64,000 nucleotides of DNA from Clostridia bacterium. Lineage in GTDB: Bacteria; Bacillota; Clostridia; Christensenellales; UBA1242. Position numbers and translations under genes: made by a program. Within the stretch, counting starts at the first letter, position 1. Every line of letters starts with the position of its first letter. Positions 35,278 to 47,029 of this stretch are shown piece after piece. A model generated the notes under the pieces. It saw nothing but the letters and a program-made list of their open reading frames with translations, did not search any database and had not been told where the DNA came from. The stretch spans positions 9,162 to 73,161 of the forward strand of contig JAZSRL010000008.1 of NCBI GenBank assembly GCA_045538455.1, written 5' to 3'.

Positions 35278-36459
35278 TTAAATTTTGCGTTTTTCTGTTA
35301 CGCCTAACGCAAAACCACATGGTGTTGGACATTTAAATTTTGGGAAGGTGCATTTGGCACCTTTTTGCATAGTAGCTAACTTCGCTGCCCCGTCATGCTT
35401 ACTTAATGACAATGCTTTTTGGTATTTAGTTAAAACATCATTCACCACACGGGTTGTTTCTAATAAAACCGAAGAACACTTACGCTCAATTGCCTTTAAA
35501 ATGAAGTCATCTAAATTGCCCATTTCGCTAACATCAACCAACATGGCTTGTGGATAATTACTACGCAAACTGTCTAAATCAGATAGCCATTCGGCACGCA
35601 ACTCTGGTTTATCGGCTATAATTTCCGGTATATAAAATTCTAAATTTTCGGGAGTTGTCGGTGTCTTCATATAATATTTTAAAGTGCGGTGACGATTCAA
35701 ATGCATGTAGACAGCAAAAGAACATCGGAAATTAGTAGCATAAACATCACCAAAATATTCCACCACAGGGCGTTCGCAAAACATGGAAACTTGTCGTGAC
35801 TTACCATTTTGTGTTAAAACTTCATCTACATAACCTGTTGCTTTTAATTGCTCTAAAAATTCAACAATATACGGATACAATTTTACTTCAAATGGATTTG
35901 TACTACCCTTAATTTTTTCGGCATAATCTGTAAAAAAGCCATATAAGTAATTCAATTGACGATAAGAAATCGTATGTAACATGGAAACCATAGTAAAGCA
36001 ACTAGTGAGATAGCGAGCATTTTCCATAGCTAATTTTTTAATTTTGTTGTCGGTAAAGAATTGAGGATAATCGGTTTGATATGTATTGCGAATTAAAGTT
36101 ACAAACTTTTCCAACCATTTATCATAAACAGCTTGTTCTTTTGCGGGTAAAGGATGCAAGGTATAGCGTCCACTTTTGACCGAAGACACCATATAACGCT
36201 CATTATCTAACATACCTTCCAAAACGCGAGGAATACAGTGCAAATATAAAGTAATTGTCGCATGGTCATAAACACTGTGGTGTCCGCTGTTCTTAGTTAA
36301 ATCGGCACGACGAAAAGTTTTAACTTCGTCTTCCGCACGCAATGTCGCGAAATCGTGTGCCATATAACATACACCAGCAGCCATTCCGCCAAAACGGTCA
36401 AGCTCCTTTTTTGATGTTTGATGATTTGGATGCGTTGTCGCAATTACAGATATTTCCAT
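35278..36459 (-). CDS. ThyX-like (flavin-dependent thymidylate synthase family) protein, apparently a tandem-duplicated fold
   Basis: SGHHSVYDHATITLYLHCIPRVLEGMLDNERYMVSSVKSGRY aligns with the ThyX core (GHxS..EH....F.i....f..q..RHR..S...S.RY), but RHR is replaced by NER. A second segment, FAVYMHLNRHRTLKY, carries an RHR. Confidence 0.5.
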   Translation of the reverse strand: MEISVIATTHPNHQTSKKELDRFGGMAAGVCYMAHDFATLRAEDEVKTFRRADLTKNSGHHSVYDHATITLYLHCIPRVLEGMLDNERYMVSSVKSGRYTLHPLPAKEQAVYDKWLEKFVTLIRNTYQTDYPQFFTDNKIKKLAMENARYLTSCFTMVSMLHTISYRQLNYLYGFFTDYAEKIKGSTNPFEVKLYPYIVEFLEQLKATGYVDEVLTQNGKSRQVSMFCERPVVEYFGDVYATNFRCSFAVYMHLNRHRTLKYYMKTPTTPENLEFYIPEIIADKPELRAEWLSDLDSLRSNYPQAMLVDVSEMGNLDDFILKAIERKCSSVLLETTRVVNDVLTKYQKALSLSKHDGAAKLATMQKGAKCTFPKFKCPTPCGFALGVTEKRKI

Positions 36460-36558
36460 ATTTTATATGGTATACCGAACAAAAAACAGTTGTCAAACTA
36501 ACAATTAAATTTTAAAAATATGTTGAGAAAAGAATGTGACAGTAGTATACTATAAAGT

Positions 36559-37488
36559 ATGAAAAATAAATTTAATTTAGGGCAAGATGATTATCAAATT
36601 GCAAGCGATGAACCACTTGATTTAGATGATGCAATCAGCGTATTAGAAAAGCGTTTAGATTCTGAACAAATCGAAGCCGCTAACAAACCATTAAGCGATG
36701 TTACCGCTTTGGCAGATCCATCTATTTGGCATAAGCGCGTAGTCGTCATTACAGGTGCTTCATCGGGCATTGGTTTAGCGGCTGCCCACTGCTTTTCTTT
36801 GTACGCCGATATTGTTTATAATTTATCACGCGAAAAAGGCAATGACGACAACATCAACTTTATTGAAACCGATGTATCAAATCCAGACTCAATCAAGGAA
36901 TCAATTCGCAAAGTTTACAACAAAGAAGGTCAAATTGATGTTTTAATTAACAACGCAGGAATTGGTTTATCAGGAGCCGTGGAAGAATTATTAACAACCG
37001 ACATAGTTAAAGTAATGAATACGAACTTCTTAGGCGCAGTAAGTGCTTGCCAGGCAGTAATCCCATTTATGCGTGAACACCGCAAAGGTAAAATTATTAA
37101 CATATCTTGCAGCTTAGCCAACACTGCCCCAGCATTTAACAGTATTTATAGTGCAAGCAAAAAAGCATTGGAAACTTTCACAATTGCACTACGCAAAGAA
37201 ATTGAACCATTAAAAATCGAAGTTGCATCGGTATGTTTACCAACATGTAAAACTAATTTCACAGAAAATCGCATCAAGCAAGATTCAACCAACAAAGCTT
37301 ACCGCTACCGCATTAGTAATGATATTGGTCGCTTAGAATATGCAGAACAAACCGGCTCTTTACCTGAAAATATTGCCGAAGAATTATATCGTATCAGTAA
37401 CAAGAAAACCTTTGGATCACATACTTTAACCATCAAAGGTAAAAGCCGTATCGGTGCTTTCTTTAGCAAGTTAGTTGCAAAGAAATAA
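36559..37488 (+). CDS. SDR family oxidoreductase
   Basis: VVVITGASSGIGLA (TGxxxGxG), NNAG, and YSASKKAL (YxxxK). Confidence 0.85.
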   Translation: MKNKFNLGQDDYQIASDEPLDLDDAISVLEKRLDSEQIEAANKPLSDVTALADPSIWHKRVVVITGASSGIGLAAAHCFSLYADIVYNLSREKGNDDNINFIETDVSNPDSIKESIRKVYNKEGQIDVLINNAGIGLSGAVEELLTTDIVKVMNTNFLGAVSACQAVIPFMREHRKGKIINISCSLANTAPAFNSIYSASKKALETFTIALRKEIEPLKIEVASVCLPTCKTNFTENRIKQDSTNKAYRYRISNDIGRLEYAEQTGSLPENIAEELYRISNKKTFGSHTLTIKGKSRIGAFFSKLVAKK

Positions 37489-37506
37489 TTTTATAGAAGG
37501 TATATC

Positions 37507-37806
37507 ATGGTAGATTTAAACGAATTGCAAAAACGAATTTACAAAAACAAAGTGGAAAAGAAATTCAACTTAACCAATCTCCCACAAGAGTTTTGTTACC
37601 TACATGGTGAAGTAACTGAATCCTTTGATGCATGGCTAAAAAAGAAAGGGACCGAAGCGGTTAGCTTAGAATTGGCTGATGTCGCCATCTTTACCTTGGG
37701 CATTGCTGAAATGCTCGGCATTGACTTAGAAGCTGCCTTATTGAAGAAAATTGAAATCAACGAAAAACGCGTCTATGTTGACGGCAAAAAAGTTGACAGT
37801 AATTAA
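37507..37806 (+). CDS. MazG-like nucleotide pyrophosphohydrolase domain protein
   Basis: 99 aa with HGEVTESFDAW...ELADVAIFTLGIAEMLGIDLE, the typical all-alpha MazG EExx(E/D) pattern. Confidence 0.65.
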   Translation: MVDLNELQKRIYKNKVEKKFNLTNLPQEFCYLHGEVTESFDAWLKKKGTEAVSLELADVAIFTLGIAEMLGIDLEAALLKKIEINEKRVYVDGKKVDSN

Positions 37807-37814
37807 TACACAAT

Positions 37815-37839
37815 AAAAGCCGGTGCAAGTCCGGCTTTT
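37815..37839. terminator. Bidirectional rho-independent terminator
   Basis: AAAAGCCGG-TGCAAGT-CCGGCTTTT, between the convergent MazG-like gene and rpsT. Confidence 0.8.
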
Positions 37840-37863
37840 ATTTTATGTGTCCAACAAAGTTAT

Positions 37864-38151
37864 TTACGCACTTTTTTTGGTTTTTGCATTTTGAGCTTTA
37901 CTCAACGCAGCAGCCAATTTTGCTTTTTGACGGTTTGCTTTGTTTTTGTGAATTACATTATCCAATGCAGCTGCATCTAAAACAGAGAAAACAACATTCA
38001 ATTGTGTTTCCGCGTGTTTCAATTCATTTGCAGCCAAAGCTTCTTTGAATTTTTTAATTTCACCGCTGACACGGGTTTTGATAGGACGATTTTGTGTTTG
38101 TTTAGCTTTCGTCACACTGATTCTTTTGATTGCACTCTTAATATTTGCCAT
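37864..38151 (-). CDS. rpsT: 30S ribosomal protein S20
   Basis: MANIKSAIKRISVTKAKQTQNR... is a typical S20 N-terminus. The ORF-track start at 38187 is trimmed to the ATG at 38151. Confidence 0.92.
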   Translation of the reverse strand: MANIKSAIKRISVTKAKQTQNRPIKTRVSGEIKKFKEALAANELKHAETQLNVVFSVLDAAALDNVIHKNKANRQKAKLAAALSKAQNAKTKKSA

Positions 38152-38232
38152 ATCCGTTATTATACAGGAATTATCCCAGATTTGCAAGTCTTTTCTTTGG
38201 GAAGTTTTTTTCGTAACCGCAGATAATAAATT

Positions 38233-38949
38233 ATGGAATTTATTTCGGACCTTGCTTGCGAATTGTTACGCCGTGCTCCGCACAAGACAAATGGGTTATC
38301 CGTTACTAGCACAGAACATGGTGGTATCACAGTAGATTGCACAACCATCAAAACCGCGTCGGCAGCCCATCAAATCGGCAAACCCATTGGCACTTATTAC
38401 AACATAGATGCAACTCTCGGACGCCCACGCAATATTGTAAATACCCTACGCCGCAGCTTACAAACTTTGATGTCTGCACCGAATAAAATTTTAGTCGTTG
38501 GTCTGGGTAATGATAAATTTGTAGCAGACAGTTTAGGCCCTTGCGTTTTAGAACAAATTAATGCCAATGATAAGTTGATAATTTTTGAACCAAATGTCTT
38601 TGGTGTCACTGGCATCAATTCGGTAGATGCAATCAAAGCGATTACCAAATTAACACAACCTGATACCGTCATCGTTATCGACAGTTTAGTTAGCGCAACG
38701 CCATCACGAATTGGCACAAACTACCAAATTTGTACCAGTGGGATTACCCCCGGCAGCGGTATTGGCCGTAATAACCAGACAATTAATCAAAAGCTATTAG
38801 GGGTTCCGGTTTTAGCGATAGGCGTTCCCGTTTGCACTATAATGACAACAGTCCCCGACCGCATCTATCATGTCGTTCCAAAAGATATTGATGTGGTAAT
38901 TAGGGACTGCGCCACAATGATTGCAAAAAGCATTAATACTCTGGTGTAA
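38233..38949 (+). CDS. gpr: GPR (germination protease) family endopeptidase
   Basis: [23 protein letters not shown], and [12 protein letters not shown]...[11 protein letters not shown] match GPR motifs. The divergent rpsT-gpr arrangement is the same as in Bacillus. Confidence 0.7.
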   Translation: MEFISDLACELLRRAPHKTNGLSVTSTEHGGITVDCTTIKTASAAHQIGKPIGTYYNIDATLGRPRNIVNTLRRSLQTLMSAPNKILVVGLGNDKFVADSLGPCVLEQINANDKLIIFEPNVFGVTGINSVDAIKAITKLTQPDTVIVIDSLVSATPSRIGTNYQICTSGITPGSGIGRNNQTINQKLLGVPVLAIGVPVCTIMTTVPDRIYHVVPKDIDVVIRDCATMIAKSINTLV

Positions 38950-41900
38950 CAAAATTTCTACGGTGTAACCAAGCACGAACAATTTGGTGTTTACCGAAAA
39001 GATTTTTCATTTTACCAACACGCGCAACACTGGGGATTTTTTCCACGCTGCGTGCCAACATATCGCCGTTAGATGTTTGCACTACTAGGTCATCGTCCTT
39101 ACGGGCAAAGGTCGCATAAATAACTTCTTCACCTTTCGCCATACCAGCAGCAATCGTCAAACCTTTACGATAACGGACCATTTTATCAATATCACTCATC
39201 GCAACTTTCTTCGCATTACCCATATTGGTTACTAAGACTGCATAGCCGCTGTTTTCTGCGGTCGAGATACCCGCTAACCAAGCATTATCGTCCATTTGCA
39301 TACCTTTAACACCAGAAGCAATACGACCTTGTACAGGTACATCGCCAGTTGCAGCATTCAACACATTACCGACATTGGTAATCATCAAGATTGTACGATT
39401 CTTAGGTAAGCGTTGAACGCCGAGAATTTCGTCTTTACGGTCTTCACGGATTTTATAAACATCAAAGACAGATTTAATCACCGAACATGCATCATTGAAT
39501 TTAGAGCGTTTTATCATACCAGTTTTCGACAACCAAACCAGATTGTATTCTGGCAAGGCATCGGCAACAGCTGGATAAATTGCGATTGGGTATTCTTCTG
39601 GCAATGCAGTTGGGAACAATTTACGCAACGCAACACCACGGTCTTTTAAACGACATTCTGGAACATCGCCACCGAAAAGTTTATAACATTTACCCATGTT
39701 TGTGAAGATATGTAATAACTTATCCGTTTGCGTCAATACGGCAACTGTATGAACATCTTGCTCCCGCATACCGTCCACTGCTTCCGTCTTGCTCATAGTA
39801 AAATGTTTTTTCGGTAAGCGCTTAATATTACCTGTGGCAGTGATTGCCATAACAACATCTTCCACTGGAACTTCATCATCATCAGCGGTAATTAATACAT
39901 CTTCTAATTTATTCACAACGCGTGTGCGGCGGTCAACTTTGAAGCGCTTCTTAATTGCCAATAATTCGTTCTTAACAACATCAAACTGCAATTTTTTGCT
40001 GCCGATAATTGCTGTCAAGCGTTCAATTAATTCACGCAATTCTTTTAATTCTTGCTCAATTTTCAAAACTTCCAAGTTGGTCAAACGAGCCAGTCGCAAA
40101 TCCAAGATTGCTTGCGCTTGACGCTCACTTAAACTGAAACGCTTTTGCAAACGATCGCGTGCTTCACTGGTATGTTTACTGGTTTTGATAATTTTAATAA
40201 CTTCATCAATATTTTTAACCGCAACCAATAAACCTTCCAAAATATGAGCGCGTTCTTTAGCTTGATTTAATTCAAAGACCGAGCGTTTATATATAATTTG
40301 GCGTTGATAGTTAACATAGTACTCAATAATTTGCAATAAGCCCATTTGGCGTGGTTTACCATCGGCAATTGCAACCATATTATAGTTAAAGTTACAACGC
40401 AATTGAGTAAACTTATATAATTGTTCAACGATTTTGTAAGCATCTGTATCCTTACGCAACTTAATCAAAATACGCATACCGTTACGATCGGACTCATCAC
40501 GAATTTCTGTAATATTTTGCAAATCGCCTTTTTTACTTTCACGCAAATCAGCAATATTTTTTTGTAATTGAACTTTGTTCACTTGATATGGCAACTCTGT
40601 AATGACAATATTTCGTTTATCGCCCTCGACTTCAATATGAACCTTACCCGACATAACGACTTTACCGCGCCCAGTTTCGTAAGCAGTCATCATATTTTCA
40701 TCAGCAACGATCCAACCACAAGTCGGGAAATCAGGACCTTTAACAATTTTTAAAACTTGTTTCAAAGTAATCTTCGGATTATCAATGAATGCAATATGTG
40801 CATCAATCAATTCTCCCAAGTTATGTGGCGGAATATTGGTTGCTAAACCAACCGCGATACCACTACTACCGTTAGTCAATAAATTCGGATAGCGTGCCGG
40901 TAAAGTGTCTGGTTCTGTGTTGCGATCGTCATAAGTCAACGAATAAGTAACAGTGTCTTTATCCATATCACGCAACAATTCCAAGGCTAACGGAGCTAAC
41001 TTAGCTTCGGTATAACGCATCGCTGCCGGTGGGTCTCCATCATCCGAACCAAAGTTACCTTGTCCAGAAATTAATGGCATATTCATGTTAAATGGTTGCG
41101 CCATACGCACCATAGCATCATAAACAGAGACATCACCATGTGGATGGTATTTACCCAAACACTCACCAACAATCGCAGCTGACTTACGGAATGGCTTTTC
41201 CGGAGCCAATCCCAAATCATTCATCGCGTACAAAATACGGCGTTGAACTGGTTTCAATCCGTCTTCGACACGCGGCAAAGCACGATCCAAAATAACAAAT
41301 TCACTGTACGGAATCATACTTTCGTGCATGATACGCGCCACAGATTTCTCAATGATTCCGTCTTCCGATGAACCATCACCACCGTTGCCATTTTCTATAT
41401 TTGATTCAGTTTCAACCGGTTCTTCGACAGCTTTGACTTCGGTCTTACGGCTTTCTTTTTCGGCTAACAACTTTTGACGGCGTTCTTCTTTTTCAAGAAT
41501 AGGCTTCATAATTGCCGCTTGACGCGCAGCTTCAGCTTCGGCTTTCAAATCGGCTTCCGATAATTTAACTACATCGTCAATGTTAGCAATTTTACCATGG
41601 CTGGCTCTTTCTACTACTTTCGAAACTTCATCGGTTACATCGTCCGTAGTTACTGCAGTATCTTCATTCACAATTACTTCCGTATCATTCTCGATTTCCA
41701 CTTCGTCCGTAATTTCCTCCGTTTTGTTTTCTATTTCCGCGCTTGCTTCCACAACTTCTTCATCCGATTCTTGGATATCTTCATTAATTTCATCAACCGC
41801 TTCTTCTACAACTTCTTCAACTGTTGCAGATTGTTCTACGGGACGCTCAATATTTTCTGTTTCGATTACTTCTTCCAAAACATCGTCACTAGGTTTTTCC

Positions 41901-42430
41901 ACATCTGTTAATACTTCTTCAACTTCGTTCTCAACTATCGTCTCTTCACTGTCTACAACTTGTGTCTCATTAAAGTCATCTTCGATTTCAACCGAACCTT
42001 TATTTTCAATTATTTCCGCATCTTCTGATTCGGTAATTGTTTCATCACAGACAACTTCGCTTTCTTCTGCAACTACTTCTTCATCGCCACTTACTTCACT
42101 AGATTCAATATTTTCTTCTTCTATCGCTGTATCAGATACCTGCTCTGTTTCTTGGACTTCTTCACTTTCGTTAACAGGTTCATCTTCTACTATAACTTCT
42201 TCATTTCCTTCTTCATCTAATTCTTCATTAACTTCCGCACAATCTTCAGATTCAACTTCGGTATCGTCCACACTTTCGGCAATAACTGCTTCTACTTTTT
42301 CTTCTACCAATGGTGTATTTTCTATAGTATCGGCAACAATCTCGGTTGATTCTTCCACAACAGGAACATTCGGTTCATCATCAAAACCTAACGAATTTTC
42401 ATCATCAATCAAATCATCAAACTCACCCAT
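38933..42430 (-). CDS. Type IIA topoisomerase subunit A (ParC-like; no GyrA box seen) with a ~370-aa acidic N-terminal extension
   Basis: The conserved core starts at ...[28 protein letters not shown], and AAMRYTE (catalytic Tyr) is present. No QRRGGKG-like GyrA box is visible. The ATG overlaps the upstream stop by 8 nt. Confidence 0.85.
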   Translation of the reverse strand: MGEFDDLIDDENSLGFDDEPNVPVVEESTEIVADTIENTPLVEEKVEAVIAESVDDTEVESEDCAEVNEELDEEGNEEVIVEDEPVNESEEVQETEQVSDTAIEEENIESSEVSGDEEVVAEESEVVCDETITESEDAEIIENKGSVEIEDDFNETQVVDSEETIVENEVEEVLTDVEKPSDDVLEEVIETENIERPVEQSATVEEVVEEAVDEINEDIQESDEEVVEASAEIENKTEEITDEVEIENDTEVIVNEDTAVTTDDVTDEVSKVVERASHGKIANIDDVVKLSEADLKAEAEAARQAAIMKPILEKEERRQKLLAEKESRKTEVKAVEEPVETESNIENGNGGDGSSEDGIIEKSVARIMHESMIPYSEFVILDRALPRVEDGLKPVQRRILYAMNDLGLAPEKPFRKSAAIVGECLGKYHPHGDVSVYDAMVRMAQPFNMNMPLISGQGNFGSDDGDPPAAMRYTEAKLAPLALELLRDMDKDTVTYSLTYDDRNTEPDTLPARYPNLLTNGSSGIAVGLATNIPPHNLGELIDAHIAFIDNPKITLKQVLKIVKGPDFPTCGWIVADENMMTAYETGRGKVVMSGKVHIEVEGDKRNIVITELPYQVNKVQLQKNIADLRESKKGDLQNITEIRDESDRNGMRILIKLRKDTDAYKIVEQLYKFTQLRCNFNYNMVAIADGKPRQMGLLQIIEYYVNYQRQIIYKRSVFELNQAKERAHILEGLLVAVKNIDEVIKIIKTSKHTSEARDRLQKRFSLSERQAQAILDLRLARLTNLEVLKIEQELKELRELIERLTAIIGSKKLQFDVVKNELLAIKKRFKVDRRTRVVNKLEDVLITADDDEVPVEDVVMAITATGNIKRLPKKHFTMSKTEAVDGMREQDVHTVAVLTQTDKLLHIFTNMGKCYKLFGGDVPECRLKDRGVALRKLFPTALPEEYPIAIYPAVADALPEYNLVWLSKTGMIKRSKFNDACSVIKSVFDVYKIREDRKDEILGVQRLPKNRTILMITNVGNVLNAATGDVPVQGRIASGVKGMQMDDNAWLAGISTAENSGYAVLVTNMGNAKKVAMSDIDKMVRYRKGLTIAAGMAKGEEVIYATFARKDDDLVVQTSNGDMLARSVEKIPSVARVGKMKNLFGKHQIVRAWLHRRNFVTPEY

Positions 42431-44435
42431 TGTGACCTCCTAATTTACTTTTTACTGCTTTAATTGCAGTGTCGTCTTGTTTGTTGAAATTTGCGTGCTT
42501 GCTAATATAATTACGACGACTTTCAATATCATCACCCATCAATGTAGTAATAAGGCGTTCAGCCTCAGCAGCATCACTCATGGTAATACGGCACAATTTA
42601 CGGGTTTTCGGGTTCATAGTAGTTTCCCATAATTGATCCGCATTCATTTCACCCAAACCTTTATAGCGTTGCACACTGCAACCTTTAACCTTTTTAGTAA
42701 CTTCCTTTAATTCGTTATCATCATAACAATAACGACTGTAATCCTTTTTATAAACTTTAAACAAAGGCGGCATACCCGTATAAACATGTCCTTGAGCAAT
42801 CAAATCCTTCATGTAGCGGAAAAAGAAAGTTAAAAGAATTGAACGAATATGTCCACCATCTTGGTCCGCATCGGCCAAGATAATAACTTTATGATAACGC
42901 AAGTTATCAATGTTAAAATCTTCACCAATTCCCGTTCCTAAAGCACCAATCAAAGTTCGGAACTCGTCATTTTCTAGAACTTGGTCTATGCGTTTCTTTT
43001 CGGCATTTAATGGTTTACCGCGCAACGGCAAAATAGCTTGAATGCTGCGGTCACGGCCTTGCTTTGCAGTACCACCCGCACTATCACCCTCAACGATGAA
43101 AATTTCATTCATTTCTGGGCGACGACCACTGCAACTTGCCAATTTACCAATCAACACACTGCCATCAATACTATTCTTACTGCGAGCAATATCTTTAGCT
43201 TTACGCGCTGCTTCACGGACACGCGCAGCCGCTTTGGCTTTATTAATAATAATTTCCAACAAGCTTTTTTTCTCGGCGGACTTGTCGGCATCTTTAAAAT
43301 ATTCTAAAAGATTATTATAAGTAAATGTTTCAACCGCAATTTTAGCTTCAGGGTTACCCAACTTAGTTTTGGTTTGCCCTTCGAATTGAACTTCATGCAT
43401 TTTGATTGAAAGCACGGCGGTCATACCTTCACGATAATCTTCCCCCTGCAAAGCATTATCCTTTTCTTTAAATAATCCAAATTGTTTGCCTAATTGGTTA
43501 AAGGCACGCGTAATCGCACTTTTGAAACCCGTTTCATGAGTTCCACCTTCCGAAGTTGGAATATTGTTAACATATGAATAAATACTTTCAACAAAGCCAT
43601 CTGTATGTTGAATAGCAAAAGTAATTGGCATTTTGTCGCTTTGTCCGGAGATAATAAACGGCGCTTTATATAAAGTATTCTTACCTTCGTTAAGATAACC
43701 AACAAAATCAGCGAGCCCACCATCAAATTTAAACACACATTCACGAGAGAATTCCGCATCATCTGGCTGAATACGCTCATCAATTAAAGTGATTTCCGCA
43801 CCCTTATTCAAGAAAGCCAATTCTTCCAAGCGCTGTGAAATAATTTTGTAATCAAATTCGTTGTGATTAAACATTTCAGCATCTGGCAAGAAATGAACAC
43901 GAGTACCATTCTTATTGGTTTTACCAACCACTTTTAATGGTGCATCGGCTACACCCCAATGCATTTGTCCATCTTTTGCATCAACATGCGGAGAAAAACG
44001 AATATAATGTTCTTTGCCGTTTTTATATACGGTAACTTCACAATATTCGGAAAGCGCATTTACGACCGAAGCACCAACACCATGTAACCCACCCGAAAAG
44101 CTGTAATTCTTATTATCGAATTTACCACCAGCATGCAATTCAGTATAAACCATTTCCACACCAGAAATATTCAACTCCTTATGAATATCAACCGGAATAC
44201 CACGCCCATTATCTTCAACGGTAATTGAATTATCCTCATGAATCGTTACCATCAATTGCGTACCAAAACCATTCGCAATTTCGTCAATGCCATTGTCGAC
44301 AATTTCCCATAAAAGATGGTGCATACCTTTAGAACCCGTGGTTCCTATGTACATACCTGGTCTTTTACGCACAGCATCTAATCCCTTCAAAAGAGTAAGA
44401 TTACTTGCATCATAAGTTTGTTTTTCGTTTGCCAT
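42423..44435 (-). CDS. Type IIA topoisomerase subunit B (ParE/GyrB family)
   Basis: [36 protein letters not shown], and PLRGK(P)LN motifs. Confidence 0.92.
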   Translation of the reverse strand: MANEKQTYDASNLTLLKGLDAVRKRPGMYIGTTGSKGMHHLLWEIVDNGIDEIANGFGTQLMVTIHEDNSITVEDNGRGIPVDIHKELNISGVEMVYTELHAGGKFDNKNYSFSGGLHGVGASVVNALSEYCEVTVYKNGKEHYIRFSPHVDAKDGQMHWGVADAPLKVVGKTNKNGTRVHFLPDAEMFNHNEFDYKIISQRLEELAFLNKGAEITLIDERIQPDDAEFSRECVFKFDGGLADFVGYLNEGKNTLYKAPFIISGQSDKMPITFAIQHTDGFVESIYSYVNNIPTSEGGTHETGFKSAITRAFNQLGKQFGLFKEKDNALQGEDYREGMTAVLSIKMHEVQFEGQTKTKLGNPEAKIAVETFTYNNLLEYFKDADKSAEKKSLLEIIINKAKAAARVREAARKAKDIARSKNSIDGSVLIGKLASCSGRRPEMNEIFIVEGDSAGGTAKQGRDRSIQAILPLRGKPLNAEKKRIDQVLENDEFRTLIGALGTGIGEDFNIDNLRYHKVIILADADQDGGHIRSILLTFFFRYMKDLIAQGHVYTGMPPLFKVYKKDYSRYCYDDNELKEVTKKVKGCSVQRYKGLGEMNADQLWETTMNPKTRKLCRITMSDAAEAERLITTLMGDDIESRRNYISKHANFNKQDDTAIKAVKSKLGGHNG

Positions 44436-44501
44436 ACGATATATTATAGCACTTTTTAAAAAACGCTCAAAATAGTTATTTTATACAATATATAGTGTTT
44501 G

Positions 44502-45182
44502 TTAAATACCTTTAACCACAATATATTCGGCGTATCGTTCCAACTGCGAAGCAATTTTTTGTACATCATCACTAGAATAAGCATTCTCACACCGACATTG
44601 TTGAATTTGCCATGTTTTTGCTCCACAAACAATCATTTTCCCAATTTCAAGTAAATCCAACTGGCTTAAATATGGACTCAATGTAGTCCGAAATTGATAT
44701 GGAATACGGTTTTGTCTTTTCAAATATTCGGCTGTTTGTAATACAGAATCAATCGCCATGCCTGTAACTAGCGGATATTTAGTTGCTGTTGCTTTGACAT
44801 CCAAAGCTACATAATCCACTAGTCCTAATTCTACGACTTCACGCACAACAGATGGGCGTGTACCATTTGTATCTAATTTTACAAGCACACCTAAGTCTTT
44901 TAAGTAACGCAAAATTTCAATAAGATTCGGATAAAGTGTGGGTTCACCTCCACTCACAACAACAGCATCAACCCAGGCACGCCTTTGCTTAATTATCTGC
45001 AAAACACGACCAAAAGGTAATCGATTTTGTCGTGCATCCAAGATATTGCGGTTATGACAATAATGACAACACATATTGCAGCCCGCTAAGAAAACAACAC
45101 TTGCAACGCGTCCAGGATAGTCAATCAAAGAAACCTTTTGCCACCCTGCTATTTTCAAAGTTGGTTTGGATTTAATTAACAC
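44502..45182 (-). CDS. nrdG: Anaerobic ribonucleotide reductase activating protein (radical SAM), second copy
   Basis: FLAGCNMCCHYCHN cluster motif. It lies directly downstream of the second nrdD-like gene. Confidence 0.8.
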   Translation of the reverse strand: MLIKSKPTLKIAGWQKVSLIDYPGRVASVVFLAGCNMCCHYCHNRNILDARQNRLPFGRVLQIIKQRRAWVDAVVVSGGEPTLYPNLIEILRYLKDLGVLVKLDTNGTRPSVVREVVELGLVDYVALDVKATATKYPLVTGMAIDSVLQTAEYLKRQNRIPYQFRTTLSPYLSQLDLLEIGKMIVCGAKTWQIQQCRCENAYSSDDVQKIASQLERYAEYIVVKGI

Positions 45183-45184
45183 AA

Positions 45185-46990
45185 TTACACCTTTTTTGTT
45201 AGCAGATGATATTTTTTCCGATCCAAATACTCTTGTCTCTTCCCTGCATGATAGTTATTCACAGGCCGCAAAAAGCCAACAACCCGACTCCAAACCTCCG
45301 TCTTAGACAGGCAGATGGGACACTGCCAATGTTCACCAGCTAAATAGCCATGTCGTTGACAAATTGAAAAAGTAGGCGTCAACGATAAATAAGGCAACTT
45401 GCATTTAAAAAATACTTTTTGCAGTAATGCTTTAACAGCCTCAATATCGTCCAGCTTTTCACCGGTATACAAATGAACAACCGTTCCGCCGGTATATAAA
45501 GATTGAAGTTCATCTTGTAACGCAATCATTGTAAATAAATCATCGGTAAAACCCACAGGTAATTGGGTACTGTTCGTATAATACGGTGCGTCAAGCGTAC
45601 CGGCCATGACAATTTGAGGATATTTTTTTTGATCAAGCTGTGCTAGACGACTGGCCGTACTTTCAGCAGGAGTGGCTTCCAAGTTGTATAAATGTCCTGT
45701 CTCTGTTTGATAGTCAGATAATTTATTACGCAGAAAATGCATCACACGCAAAGCGAAATTTTGACCAGCAAGACTTTCAATACCTACACCTTTCATATTC
45801 AACAGACATTCATGCATGCCAACAATTCCAATAGTACTAAAATGGTTATCCCAATAATTACCCGTTCGATTCTTAATCTCTCTCAAATAATAAGCACTAT
45901 AAGGATATAACCCATTTTCGGTTTGTCTTTCAATTTCCAGTCGTTTAATTTCCAAACTTTCTTTTGCTAAATCAGCTAATGCACCTAATCGATAAAAAAA
46001 ATCTTTTTCATCACGCGACAAGTACCCCAAACGCGGTAAATTCAAAGTAACAACACCAATACTTCCAGTTAAAGGATTTGAGCCAAACAAGCCGCCACCC
46101 CGCTTTTTTAACTCTCGCAAGTCCAAGCGCAGGCGACAGCACATCGAAGTTGCATCTTCTGGCTTTAAGTCCGAATTAATGTAATTTGCAAAATATGGAA
46201 TACCATATTTAGCTGCCATAGTAATAATTTGAGTCATAACTGGGCTATCCCAACAAGTATCTTCCGTAATGTTGATGGTTGGAATCGGGAAAGAAAAGAC
46301 GCGCCCTTGACTGTCACCTGCCAACATAACCTTACAAAAAGCTAAATTCAAGCGATCCATTTCTACCTGATATTCGCCATAAGTGCTCTCTTGCAAGACA
46401 CCCCCAATAATCACAGGCACATCGCGCAAGGTCGCTGGACAACAAATATCTAAAGTTATATTTGAAAACGGACATTGAAAACCGGTGCGCGTTGCTACAT
46501 TCATATTAAAAATAAATTCTTGCATTAACTGTTCTAATTCGGCATCATTCAAATTATCAATCCGCACAAAAGGAGCCAGATAAGTATCAAAAGAAGACCA
46601 TGCTTGCGCACCTGCCGCTTCACCCTGTAATGTAAATGTCGCATTCACAATTTGCCCCAAAGCACTGCTCAGGTGTTTTGCAGGTGCCGCCGAAACCTTC
46701 CCATCGACACCAGTAAATCCCAGCAACAAGAGTTGTCGCAAATCCCAGCCAGCACAATACGGTCCCAAAAAACCTAAATCATGTAAATGAAAATCACCAT
46801 CGCGGTGCGCTTGCGCAATTTTTGGCGGATAAATTTTTGTCAAACAGAACTCTTTAGTAACAGACTCCCGTAAATGCAAATTTAAACCTGCAACCGAACG
46901 CTGCATATTGGCATTATTTTTCACAGCAAAATCATCACCATTTAGGTATGACTCAAACAAATTAACCACAACATCTTGATAATCCATCAA
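45185..46990 (-). CDS. nrdD: Class III (anaerobic) ribonucleotide reductase, short NrdD-like form, second copy
   Basis: 601 aa. The C-terminal Zn-ribbon CQRHG...CPICL is followed by SRVVGFLRPV, the glycyl-radical-like position. There is no ATP-cone. Confidence 0.75.
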   Translation of the reverse strand: MMDYQDVVVNLFESYLNGDDFAVKNNANMQRSVAGLNLHLRESVTKEFCLTKIYPPKIAQAHRDGDFHLHDLGFLGPYCAGWDLRQLLLLGFTGVDGKVSAAPAKHLSSALGQIVNATFTLQGEAAGAQAWSSFDTYLAPFVRIDNLNDAELEQLMQEFIFNMNVATRTGFQCPFSNITLDICCPATLRDVPVIIGGVLQESTYGEYQVEMDRLNLAFCKVMLAGDSQGRVFSFPIPTINITEDTCWDSPVMTQIITMAAKYGIPYFANYINSDLKPEDATSMCCRLRLDLRELKKRGGGLFGSNPLTGSIGVVTLNLPRLGYLSRDEKDFFYRLGALADLAKESLEIKRLEIERQTENGLYPYSAYYLREIKNRTGNYWDNHFSTIGIVGMHECLLNMKGVGIESLAGQNFALRVMHFLRNKLSDYQTETGHLYNLEATPAESTASRLAQLDQKKYPQIVMAGTLDAPYYTNSTQLPVGFTDDLFTMIALQDELQSLYTGGTVVHLYTGEKLDDIEAVKALLQKVFFKCKLPYLSLTPTFSICQRHGYLAGEHWQCPICLSKTEVWSRVVGFLRPVNNYHAGKRQEYLDRKKYHLLTKKV

Positions 46991-47029
46991 TTCATCTTAT
47001 TGAAAGATTAACATTTTGGTGTTTATTGA

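Noticed and set aside
41580-42443. 287-aa Ser/Thr-rich (+) ORF and the 104-aa ORF 41597..41911.
   Set aside because: These are antisense shadows of the GAA/GAT-rich acidic extension of the ParC-like gene. The reverse complement of Glu/Asp codons gives Ser/Phe/Ile runs. No start signals are present.
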